From NCBI GenBank assembly GCA_964016885.1, contig OZ024751.1, positions 3,906,001-3,970,000 on the forward strand: a DNA stretch of 64,000 bases. The letters run 5' to 3'. The notes under the pieces were generated by a model. The model saw only the letters and a list, made by a program, of their open reading frames with translations, did no database searches and had not been told where the DNA came from. The translations under genes and the position numbers were made by a program. How positions within the stretch are numbered: position 1 is the first letter of the stretch; every line of letters begins with the position of its first letter. Shown here piece after piece: positions 12,229 through 23,486 of the stretch. Source of the DNA: Eledone cirrhosa. Its lineage: Eukaryota.

Positions 12229-13160
12229 ATCATCATCTCTTTCTTCCTCAGTCATCTCTTGTGCATGACATCATCATTTCTTTCTTCCTCAGTCATCTCT
12301 TGTGCATGACATCATCATTCCTTTCTTCCTCAGTCATCTCTTGTGTGTGACATCATCTCTTTCTTCCTCAGTCATCTCTTGTGTGTGACATCATCATCTC
12401 TTTCTTCCTCAGTCATCTCTTTCGTCCTCAGTCATCTCTTGTGCGTGACATCATCTCTTTCTTCCTCAGTCATCTCTTGTGCATGACATCATCATCTCTT
12501 TCTTCCTCAGTCTTCTCTTGTGTGTGACATCATCATCTCTTTCTTCCTCAGTCATCTCTTGTGTGTGACATCATCATCTCTTTCTTCCTCAGTCATCTCT
12601 TGTGTGTGACATCATCTCTTTCTTCCTCAGTCATCTCTTGTGTGTGACATCATCTCTTTCTTCCTCAGTCATCTCTTGTGTGTGACATCATCATCTCTTT
12701 CTTCCTCAGTCATCTCTTGTGTGTGACATCATCATCTCTTTCTTCCTCAGTCATCTCTTGTGTGTGACATCATCTCTTTCTTCCTCAGTCATCTCTTGTG
12801 CATGACATCATCATCTCTTTCTTCCTCAGTCATCTCTTGTGTGTGACATCTTCATCTCTTTCTTCCTCAGTCATCTCTTGTGTGTGACATCATCATCTCT
12901 TTCTTCCTCAGTCATCTCTTGTGCGTGACATCATCATCTCTTTCTTCCTCAGCCATCTCTTGTGCATGACATCATCATCCCTTTCTTCCTCAGTCATCTC
13001 TTGTGCATGACATCATCATCCCTTTCTTCCTCAGTCATCTCTTGTGTGTGACATCATCATCTCTTGTGCGTGACATCATCATCTCTTGTGCATGACATCA
13101 TCATCTCTTTCTTCCTCAGTCATCTCTTGTGCATGACATCATCGTCCCTTTCTTCCTCAA
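12229..13160. repeat. Minisatellite, 41/38-bp unit, ~23 copies
   Basis: TCATCATCTCTTTCTTCCTCAGTCATCTCTTGTGTGTGACA head-to-tail, no spacers. Confidence 0.95.
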
Positions 13161-13232
13161 TCATTTTTAGTGTGTGAGAGATGGACACACAGACGGAGGT
13201 CACTCAAATTTATATATATATATATATATATA

Positions 13233-16200
13233 CTAGCAGTTTAGCCCGGCGTTGCTCTGGTTTGTTCATTTGCTATGAAAAGTTACATACAGGTAAACGT
13301 AGCTTGAAAGCGCATAAGCTTATCAATTAAGTGCATAAAGCAGTTGAACCGGTTATTAATAGTTACGAACCAATTAGCATTTTGGATAATCAATGATAGG
13401 TTAATAATCTTCCAATAGCAAATTTAGTAGACCAAAGTTGCAAGATGGTGGCCCTGATGCCGCTGGGTATCAGATCTGTCCTCTATGGGTGACCCTACCA
13501 GTTTTCCAGATGGCATAGCTCCAGCACCTGCACCAACATCTATAGCACCTCTTTGTAGACGATATTGCGTGTCATCCCTTGAGGAGTGTAAGCAAAAAGT
13601 CCATTCCTGCTCCCTACGCGGGAACAGGCAACATAAAGTTGGCCATGGGAGAAGCATGGCTCCCCCAAATGGATGCCCGCCACCAACAATGTTTGCCCTT
13701 GTGACTTGTTAATGGACATGGCAAAACATGGTCTCACCGGAAATCGAACTGGATATCTGACGCCGAGGGGAAAAGGTTCATCCTTGGAATGAAAACATTC
13801 TCCCCTCTCCCCGCACCCCGTTACAATGGTGGCCTCAATCAAGTGGGGCGTCAGTGACTTGACGACCATGTGAGTACCGTTGCATAATGGGACAGCCAAC
13901 CCTAAGCTTAAGAATGTGAGGTGGGAGCCCTGGGGGCTCAAGGGAATTTAATAACTCAACCGGATAATTAACGATATCATCGAGGTCTGACGTCTGGTTG
14001 ATAGATTTGAAGATGTGTTCTTTACTGGGAAACTTCTCAATCAGCTGCTCGTTAATAAAATTAACCATGGTATTTTTCGGAGCAAGGATGGCTCTTTCGC
14101 TGAGCCAATTGAGGTTTTTAAAGGTCAGAAGGGCTGCTCACAATGTTGCACAGGGAGTCGATTACTATGCCGCCCTTCTCATCCGCAGGGACCTTGCCCT
14201 CACCAAGTGCTAAAATATTCTGAGCAAATGCTGCAGACATGTTGTCACCATGCAAATGAGCACGCATATTTGTTCTCAGGTACAAATTCTTCATCTGGAG
14301 CCACAACATGGATGACTTAAGGCAGACACGCACTTCATTAGCTCTTTCCCTTTGGGTATGACAGGCAGCGTTTGCCGAAAATCCCCTGATACTAGAAGTG
14401 TTACGCCACCCATAGGAGCCGTAGAATCCCTAATGTCTTTCAGGGTCCTGTCCAATGCCTCAAGGGCACCCTTGTGTGCCATTGTGCAATCATCCCAAAC
14501 AATGAGGCAACATTTTTTGAGAACCAGAGCTTCGTGTGAACTCTTGCTGATATTACATGTTGGTGTCTCATCAGCTTTTACTAAATCCAAGAGGAGTTTA
14601 AAGGTTGAATGTGTTGTCCTGCCTCCCGGCAGCAAAGTAGCAGCGATCCCGGACGATGCAACGGCCAACACAATTTTTTTCTCCTGACGAATCTTAACGA
14701 GAATCAATTTCGTTACAAAAGTTTTTCCGGTACCCCCAAGAGCATCGAGAAAGTAAATACCCCCAGTCTGATTTTGAACCACGTCGATGATAGTTAAATA
14801 GGCCAACCTTTGGACCGACAGAAGTTTGGGCTCATTTTCTTCTAAATATTGGGAAAGAGATTCGATGTCATATGCTGTTTCCCGCAACAAATCCAGGGCC
14901 AATGTGTTAGCTTCCTCTCTGACGGTTGACGGCAAGCCATACATCACCAACTCACTCCCACCCATGTCGAGGAGGGCGTCCTCGATATCAATGAGTGCCC
15001 TGTTGTAGATAATGTCGCTGTAACCAACTTCCACTGAAGTATACTGCATATGAGCCAGGCGCAGGAAGTCCTCAGACATGAAGTCTCTGTACTTGACCCA
15101 TAAAAATTTGGGATCACCCAATTCACACTTTTGAAGCAAAATGGCCGTAGACCTTCAGGTGATTTCAACAAAGCACCCTCTGCTAAAGTGGAATCCCATT
15201 GCGAATCATCTTCCAAAAGACCACGCTTAAAGCAGGCTTCCCGGTACGTATCACATATTTCTCCATCAACAGTTTTGAGGTCCTGAAAACTTTGTGGGCC
15301 TACAACTTCATGCAGAAGAAGGCGGAGATGAAAGCACTCATGCTGACTTGGGGGCACAGTGTAAACCCTTCCAAGACAGCTGTCAAATTTTACACCAGGA
15401 TGTCTTTCAGCAGCCTGACCTGATTTTCTTCGCACCCAAGTGTTTTTCGACCATATAAAGTAGGATGGAACCTGGGGGTACACAATTGTATCGAACTGGA
15501 AAAGTTTGAAGAAACCCGTCAGAGTGGTCTCTTTCAGATTGGCAGCCAACTTGGCGGCGGTTTGGTCTGTAAAGTAAACCCTTTGCCCATTTTCCAAATG
15601 TACCACAAGCTGTATGATGGCGGGGTGCCGTTGGTGTAGGGGTAAACCAAATAGGCGCCAAAAAGCTTCATTGCTACTGATGTACCGCCCCGCCAGGTAT
15701 TCTGTGACCTCGTCCCTGCTATTTTCAGCTTGAAATGTGAACATTGCGGCATCAGAGCCCTTATTTACATATTTGCATATGTATTTTATCGACTTGACGG
15801 AGATGCAAAACTCAACGTTGATGTGGGCGTTGAACATCTTCAAGAGAAGCGGGCAGTAAGGGACCACCCATCTATTGTCGACTTGACCTCCCTTTACTGT
15901 TGTGGTGAAGCCACCGTTCTCGAGCCGTCTCCGCCTGTACAGGGGGTACCCGTCGCCACCAGTCTGAGTCTGGTCAACAAATGTTTTGGGGTATCCCTTA
16001 CTGCACGACCCCCCTTTCAGACACGTGTGATGCTCATTAGGACCCAACGCACATGGACCATGTTAGCTTTGACAATGTCATGTAATTCCTGGTCAGTTGC
16101 TGGGTTAGGGATTTCAGCTGAAATGAAGCTGTCTATGGCATTTGAATTGATTTTATCAGCTAACCAAATCAAAATGTGAGCATGTGCCAGCCCTCATTTT

Positions 16201-17436
16201 TGTTATTCGACGGTGAACATGTCACATTTTACAGCCCCAAATACCTGACCTTTTTGATTAAAGCCATGAGTTTAGCCAGTTTCAGTCTGAACACTCTGGC
16301 AATGAGGTCATGTCTGTTCGAATAATTTTGCCCATGAAAAAGTTCATGGGTTACATTCCGATTCATATGTCTATAGCATTAATCTGTTATATGAAGTGTT
16401 ATTTTGTGGGTTGTTATTTGCAATAAGCCGATTGAAAATGCCCCAGATAAGCCGTATGTCAATACGGAACGCACCACTGCAGTGTTGTCATATAGGGAGT
16501 GAAGAGCGACAGAGGGAGTTAAGCAGTTAAATTATAGAGAGGGGGAATATGCGGAACGCTCCATTTGATCATATACATTGTTTCTCTCTCTGCAGTGTTG
16601 TCATATAGGGAGTGAAGAGCGACAGAGAGAGAAAAGCAGTTAAATTATAGAGAGGGGAAATGATCATGATCGATTTTTGCCCTTATTGTTGATTGATTTG
16701 AAATTCTTTTGCTTCATGACCTTCTCCTGACATCTGTTGCTTTGGAATATTGTTATTTGATGTAAAATGTAAGTGTGTAAAATGTATCGTTGAGAGAGCA
16801 GTATGTATTTAGTGTTATCGGCTTTTTAAATTTTGATATTTGATGTATGAGTGTCGCTTAGTTATCAAAGTTTTTTTCGCTTTCCCGAATGAAGAGGGGG
16901 AATGATCTATTATAGAGAGAGAGAAGAGCGACGGAGAGAGTGAAGCTAGTGTTAAACCTCGAAGCATGAAGAGAGTAAAGCAGTTAAATTATAGAGAGGA
17001 GGAATAATCTAGTGTAGAGAGAGGGAAAAGCGACGGAGAGAGTAAAGCTATGGTTGTTGTATAAATCAATGGGTTGCTTAGGTTTCAAAGTTTGTGTCGC
17101 GTTCCTTCAAAAGAAGTTTTGTCGTTGTTCTAAAGTGTAGGGTAGTAGACGGAGGCAGTAACCTTTTAAAGAGAGTTGCAACATGTATGTAGTTTCATAT
17201 ATTTTTGATGGTAGTAGTGAGAGGAATGAAGCGTGTAAGAGAGAGGGTTACAGCATGTATTTAGTTTTATTGATTTTTTTTATAGAAGCAGGAAATTTTT
17301 GGCAAAAATAATTACGCGTCTGGTAAATTTGGAGCACATTGGGAAAGAATCATCAAAATCGGTAGAGAAATGTGGAAATGCATAAACATCATACACACAC
17401 CACAGACAGACATCTACCGTTTTATATATAGAGAGA
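13233..17436 (-). mobile_element. Helitron with frameshifted Rep-helicase (HUH Rep + PIF1 helicase)
   Basis: TC start at 17436; hairpin plus CTAG at 13233; GLAHAHILIWL (HUH), KYICKYVNKG, DALGGTGKT, SGDFRQTLPV, FAMSINKSQGQTL, FSHGQLYVACSRV. Confidence 0.95.
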
Positions 17437-17599
17437 TAATTCTGATGATTTAGTCGGGTATCGACTGTAATAAAAAATCGAGTGACGTAGTATCTTGCGA
17501 ACAGCGATTTTTAGACACACTGGACTAATAAAACAATTGTTAATACTTTGAATAAACCCTATTGTACAGCCAACCACGTTATTCTTCACTCATTTACTA

Positions 17600-17850
17600 T
17601 CATCATCATCATCACCGTTTTTACATCTGTTCTTCCATGCTAGCATGGGTTAGACGGGTTGTCCTGTTGTGGGCAGTGTCCGGTCAGCTGATCTTGTCTT
17701 GCTCATACGGGAACTGACTCTGGCTTGATTTCTACAGCTGGATGCCCTTCCTAACACCAACCTCATTTACAGTGAATGCTGGGTGGTTTTTTTCCGTGGC
17801 GCCTACACGTCCACTTTACAGTGTGGGCTGGGTGCTTTTTTGCCATGGCC
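17600..17850 (-). mobile_element. RTE-related 3'-UTR element with (GAT)n tail
   Basis: Reverse complement of GGTGTTAGGAAGGGCATCCAGCTGTAGAA and CCCATGCTAGCATGGAAG...GATGATGAT. Confidence 0.75.
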
Positions 17851-17864
17851 AGTCCTATCATCTC

Positions 17865-17980
17865 ACTTCTACAGCGGAGTAAACTGGAGCAATGTGAAAT
17901 AAAATGTCTTGCTCAAGGAAACAACACATCACCTGATCTGAGAATTGAACTCACAACCTTTCGATTGCAAGCCATGCACC
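17865..17980 (-). mobile_element. tRNA-type SINE family 2, partial
   Basis: CCTTGAGCAAGACATTTTATTTCACATTGCTCCAG core shared with the copy at 21290. Confidence 0.65.
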
Positions 17981-17992
17981 TTCACATATATA

Positions 17993-18811
17993 TCTATATA
18001 TATAAAACTGTTGTTGTGTGTGTGTGTGTCCCCTCATTTTTGCAAAGTCTATACAAATCCACATTTCTACTCCGATTGACTTCAAACTTGTATTTGTATA
18101 TTCCTTGCGTTCTAAAGATAGTAACTGCAGCTTTTATTTTTCAATTTTCTGTTGTTAAAGGGGTTTTAGGCGACGGTTATCGATCTCCGTCGCGCTCTTA
18201 TAATATCTGTCTGTATGCCTGGCTGTCTGCATTACGACATTCTGACGAAGATGACGTATTATGTTCACTATTATCCGTTCATTGCCAGGGAACGTTTCCA
18301 CAAACCAAAGTATCGTCTTCCTGTTTTCCTTCGGTTGCAACATTTTTCGAAATATTTACTTCTGCGTTCACAGATTGATGTGTTTAGTTTCAGAAGATCC
18401 CGTTAAGGGTGAAAGCAACGATTTTTTGCTTAAACTTTAATCTGTTATTTTAATCTATATATGTATATATTTAAAACTGAGGAAGGATGTGTGTATGTAT
18501 GTATGTGTGTGTGTGTGTAAAACCCGAGAAGTACCCAACCAAATTTTTTCAAATTTTACATGTGTATTACTTATGTTTCAAGGAGTGTTATGCACATAAA
18601 TTCCACTTTTTGATCCCCTAGGGCCCGCATTAGGTGAAAAACTGCCTTTTTCCTGCTTCATCGAGGAAAATCTTAGATTATCCAGCCATCAGAGTATTCG
18701 GTTTATTTTCTTTACATATTTTCCAGGCATGCAGTTTTTCCACGATTAGGTCTATTGGCGGCCCGCGTTCCAAAATACCTTATCCTGTGCAACGCCAGGT
18801 ACCACTGCTAG
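17993..18811 (+). mobile_element. Composite non-autonomous Helitron (two 5' ends, one 3' end)
   Basis: TCTATATATATAAAAC at 17993, second TCTATATA at 18454, CCTGTGCAACGCCAGG hairpin plus CTAG at 18808-18811. Confidence 0.8.
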
Positions 18812-19104
18812 TATATATATAATAGTAATGAGTATAATCGAAGTTGCAGCTGCAAGTAGCAGATTAGCACCCGATCTTCGAAGACTGTCACAAAGCACTC
18901 GATGATAGAATAATTAATAAATAAATATCTCCTCAGAGTGAGCACAACAAGTTAGGTAATAGTAACACCATGAATAATGCAACCAGAGGCATATTGCCAC
19001 ATTAATACTACAACAACAAAAAATACAGACAGAAATAACAACACAAACAGTACAGTGTATGGAAGGAATATATTAGTTTAATGCTTGAAATAGCAAGAAG
19101 AGAG

Positions 19105-19140
19105 TATTAACGTTTCAGACGTTAGTCCTTCATCAGAAGA
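19105..19140 (-). ncRNA. Minimal type I hammerhead ribozyme motif, Penelope-like element type
   Basis: Minus strand TCTT-CTGATGA-AGGAC-TAAC-GTCT-GAAACGTT-AATA: CUGAUGA and GAAA cores, short stem II, palindromic ACGT stem III. Confidence 0.65.
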
Positions 19141-19206
19141 AAGAATTAGAAAGAAATTAGAAATATATATATATATATATACCATGCAGGAACGCAATGC
19201 TGTATG

Positions 19207-19380
19207 GTATATTTAAAGATTATTTTTTCTTTAATCCGACAGAATGAATAATTTTATAATTCTTACATTAAAAATAACTGGTTTTGATTGGTATAACTAT
19301 TCACACCAGTTATATTTAATGCAACAATCATAAAATTATTTATTCTGTTGGATTAAAGAAAACATAATCTTTAAATATAC
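19207..19380. repeat. 174-bp AT-rich foldback inverted repeat
   Basis: GTATATTTAAAGATTAT...AATCCGACAGAAT / ATTCTGTTGGATT...ATAATCTTTAAATATAC. Confidence 0.85.
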
Positions 19381-19735
19381 TTCTCTAACCTCTAATTGCT
19401 CTTCCTTACTGTCAAAAGCATCAAGTAATATGCTCTTAAATTTAGTATCATCTATAATGTCATGTGCACACATTACGAACTCAATGAAGTACGGAATGAA
19501 CTTTTAAGGAACAAAACCTGTCCCTATATATGTGAGTACTGGGTTCAATCTGGGGTAACCACAGTTAGTAAGGTACTCAATACATTAGCCACATGTATGG
19601 CTATGGGGTTAAGATGTCTGCTTCACATCCATGACTGGCATATTAGACAAGTGTTTTCTGTCATAGCTGAAGCTGACCTAAATCTGGTGAGAAAAGTTTG
19701 GTGGTCAGAAACTGTATGGAAGCACGTTGTGTGTG

Positions 19736-19776
<41 letters not shown>

Positions 19777-19889
19777 TTACACTGACACTACTTAAACAAG
19801 CTGTGTCATTTGTTTATGCCCTGCATGTCCCACTACTTAGTCCATCTATGGAATACTACTTGGAAATAAGTCTTGGACATAAAAACCAA

Positions 19890-20060
19890 CGATGATGTCA
19901 ACCATAGTGGTGGGGATGATGATGATGATGATCAAGTTGATGATGATGATGGTGGTCGTGATGATAGTGATTATGATGATGATAATGGTAATGATAATAA
20001 TAATAATAATGATAATCATGATCATGATCATCATTATGATGATGATGATGATAATGATGA
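19890..20060. repeat. (GAT/AAT)n microsatellite
   Basis: Directly visible. Confidence 0.9.
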
Positions 20061-20519
20061 ATGTCTTTTCATTTTGATTTAATTCTTCAATTGAAGAAGA
20101 TTTAAACATTACAGTGTCTCTCAAGCAATTTACTGATTCCGAAATAGAAATAGACAAAGAAGAAGAAATAGAAGAATTCCTTTCATTGAAATCCTTGCAG
20201 AAATTTTAATTGTGTGACTTCAGTCATGAAATATTTCCATATAGAAACAATGAACCAATTATTTTGGTACCACCTGGAATAAATTCCATGTTTTTCTAAC
20301 TGGGAAGTTATTTCTATAGTTCTATATTTAGTTCTCATGTGATACCACTTCAGCTGTCATTTTCTTTCAAGTACAAAACATTTATTTTTATTTTCGGTAA
20401 ATAATGATTCTTTTTAATGACATAACTGAATTTTGACATCCAGCATTAAACATTTCTCAAATAAAAGACTTCCAGAAATAGTTTCACTTATTACTGAAAT
20501 AGAATTAATGTGGCAGAAA

Positions 20520-20790
20520 CATAGCACTGAGTATTTGGCCATATGGGTGACCAAACAGTGACCAGTGGGTAACCAGTGGGTGACCAGTGTTAGCAGCACT
20601 GGATCTTTATGTATGTCGATGACCAGTAGTAACAGAGCCATGAATCTTTCATCAATGTTTAGATGTGGCCAGTGATAACAGCAGTGAGACATTGGTCAGT
20701 ATTTAGATAAGTGACCAGGTGTAACACAGTCGTGAGTTATTGGTCAGTGTTTAGATGAGTGACCAGTGGTAACACAGTCCTGGGTCTAGG
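20520..20790. repeat. Degenerate tandem repeat built on GTGACCAGTGGTAAC
   Basis: About 8 TGACCA(G) motifs with recurring TCAGTGTTTAGAT. Confidence 0.55.
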
Positions 20791-21289
20791 TGCATTTTAT
20801 ACTGGCACCAGTCCTACCACTTTCCAGACTGAAGCCATGCACATCTACCAATTTCTTCCCTTCAACCCAAGCTACTCTTTTACCTTCCCCACCGGACCTC
20901 TCACCCATCTTCCCCTATCACCATTTTTATTTTTTTATTTCCTCCCCTAACCTTCTCATACTATTCATACATCTATCTGTTCTCTCCTTATCCAAACTTT
21001 CCTGAAGAATAACCTCTGTCCCCTCTGTCTGAAACATTGAAACGTTTTCCACTTCCAGCAAGCATGAACCTAATATAACTGTGTAAAATTGCCTCCTGTG
21101 TTTTGTTTGTTTCATTGACATATGTATATGTGTATTTTTGTGAGCAGAAATGTGCCTATATGTGTATGTATATATGTGAGTATGTTTGAGCAGGTATATA
21201 TGGGAATATGTGTATATGTGTGTATGCATGTGTTTTGTGTGAGTGTACGTGTTAATGTGTCTGTAACTTGTATGTGTTACAACACCCTG

Positions 21290-21495
21290 CTTGTAACATG
21301 TAAATGGCTGATCATTCCAAAGAAACATATAGTTCTCAGGGAGATTCAGTATGACACAGTATGTGACAAGGTTGGGTCTTTGAACCATAGGTACAACTCA
21401 TTTTTGCCAACTGAGTGGACTGGAGCAATGTGAAATAAAGTGTCTTGCTCAATGACACAGTGCACTGCCAGAAGTTGAACTCACAACCTTACAAG
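21290..21495 (-). mobile_element. tRNA-type SINE family 2
   Basis: GTGAGTTCAA...TTGAGCAAGACACTTTATTTCACATTGCTCCAGTCCACTCAG...CTCCCTGAGAACTA; matches 52918-53230. Confidence 0.8.
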
Positions 21496-21511
21496 AAGTA
21501 TGTATACTTAC

Positions 21512-21615
21512 CATGTGGTTGACAGAGTGATTCATGATGTAATATTCTGTTGAGGTAGCAAGCCATGACCTTAATGTGACAAAATCTCGATTCTTTAGCG
21601 GTGAGGGACATCGAA
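21512..21615 (-). CDS. STARD10: STARD10-like exon (IRCPSPLKNRDFVTLRSWLATSTEYYIMNHSVNHM)
   Basis: CPxPLKNRDxxTLRSW motif of STARD10; acceptor ttctacttctag, donor gtaagt; 104 nt, phase fits both neighbours. Confidence 0.95.
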
Positions 21616-21761
21616 CTAGAAGTAGAATCACATTATATCAATGGCAAACATTCTACAAGTTCCTTAACATACACATAAATATACACACGTGTGTGTGTCA
21701 TCATTATCATAATCACCAATTTTACGTCCGCTTTTCCCTGTGTGTATATATTATATATATA

Positions 21762-21787
21762 AAGAGAGAGAGAGAGGGGAGAGAGAG

Positions 21788-21825
<38 letters not shown>

Positions 21826-21890
21826 AGAGAGAGGGGAGAGAGAGGGGAGAGAGAGAGGGGAGAGAGAGGGGGGAGAGAGAGAGAGAGAGC
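21762..21890. repeat. (GA)n/(GGGGAGA) purine microsatellite
   Basis: Directly visible. Confidence 0.95.
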
Positions 21891-22067
21891 CTGTGGTGCT
21901 GAGAACAGGGAGACCACTAATCATGGGAGTACTCAATGCATGAGGAATCTGTTTGGAAGTGCCTCCTCCAATATACAGTGGTGGCCATAACTGGAACCCA
22001 AAACAAATAGGTGCACATACAGGTTAAATGTATGAAACAATATTTATACCATATATATATATATATA

Positions 22068-22686
22068 TACGTGAACGGCAAAGCATAAACAAATTGAGAG
22101 AGAGACTAAGCATAAGAGGAATCAAATGCTGTGTACAGGAGAGGAGATTATGTTGGTATGAACATGTGATGCGTATGAAGGATGACAGTTGCATAAAAAG
22201 GTGCAGAGCTCTAAAAGTCAGTGGAAGCCTTGGAGTGGGGAGACCCAAGAAGACCTGGGATGAAGTGATAAAAGCTGATCTTGCCCAATTGCACCTCTCA
22301 AAAACAATGACACAGAACCGAGACCTCTGGCGTTACGCAGTAATACAGTAGACCCAACTTCCCACAGGTAAAATCCAAAGCTGAAGCATATAGACAGTAT
22401 GCCCCCACACCCTTCCATTGTAAAGTGGTCATGTAGGTGTCATGACAAAAAAGCACCCAGTCCACATTGTAAAGTAGTCGTGTAGGCTCCACAGTACAAA
22501 GCACCCAGTACTCACTGTAAATGAGGTTGGTGTTAGGAAGGGCATCCAGCTGTAGAAACCAAGCCAAAATCAGTTCTGTATGAGCAAGACTTGGTCACCT
22601 GACCTGGCATTGTCCACAACAAGACAATCCATCTAACCCATGCTAGTGTGGAAGAATGGACGTAAAACGGTGATGATGATGATGAT
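22068..22686 (+). mobile_element. 5'-truncated RTE LINE: ORF C-terminus plus long 3' UTR plus (GAT)n tail
   Basis: RERQSINKLRERL...HVMRM...GRPKKTWDEVI...DLWR homologous to the end of the 32645 ORF. Confidence 0.85.
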
Positions 22687-22714
22687 GAATTCTTTCACTC
22701 CAAAATATGCTAAA

Positions 22715-23182
22715 GATAAAAATTATATGGAAATATGGAAATAATATGGAAAAGATGTAAATTATAAGGAAAATATGTAAATAATATATATATAGAAAAA
22801 ATGTAAATTATAATATGAAAAAGATGTAAATTATAATATATATCGAAAAGATGTAAATTGTAATATGAAAAAGATGTAAACAATATATATAAAAAAGATG
22901 TCAATTGTAATATGAAAAAGATGTAAATAATAATATAGTAAAGATGTAAATTGTAATATGGAAAAGATGTAAATTATATTTTGCAAAAGATGTAAAAATA
23001 ATATAGTGAAGATGTAAATTATAGTAAGGAAAAGACGTAAATTATAATAAGATAAAAATGTAAATAATATATATATAGTAAAGATCTAAATTGAAATATG
23101 AAAAATATGTAAATTGTAATATGGAAAAGATGTCAATTATAATAAGGTAAAGATGTAAATTATAATAAGGTAAAGATGTAAC
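22715..23182. repeat. ~20-22-bp tandem repeat (AAAAGATGTAAATTATAATATG), ~20 copies
   Basis: Directly visible; ends ~18 bp from the exon donor at 23200. Confidence 0.85.
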
Positions 23183-23200
23183 ATGATACAGAATACTTAC

Positions 23201-23345
23201 TGGCATAATATCCAATGTCATTGTTAGGATTCAAGGCACATATGTCATAAGCATCTATCATAGCACGGTCCCAAACTTTACGATAATGGGGATCATGTAA
23301 GACATCATATAATACACTGCCAGCAACGTCAAATGTACTCTGTAC
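23201..23345 (-). CDS. STARD10: STARD10/PCTP-like START-domain protein, first coding exon visible in window (VQSTFDVAGSVLYDVLHDPHYRKVWDRAMIDAYDICALNPNNDIGYYA)
   Basis: Matches the STARD10 motif LYDVLHDxxYRKxWD...DxGYY; acceptor ttgcag, donor gtaagt; 145 nt, phase 0 to 1. Confidence 0.93.
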
Positions 23346-23486
23346 CTGCAAGAGTGTAAAGTCATAAAGTCATTGTTAGAATTAACAATTTCAATGATTT
23401 GAAAAACCTAGGCAATGTCTCTCATTTAAAATATGGTCACAAAAGGGTTTATCACTTCGTTAGGTTGTATACTTTATTTCTAATAA

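Noticed and set aside
12229-13160. CRISPR-like array
   Set aside because: Units are contiguous with no unique spacers; no cas genes; eukaryotic context
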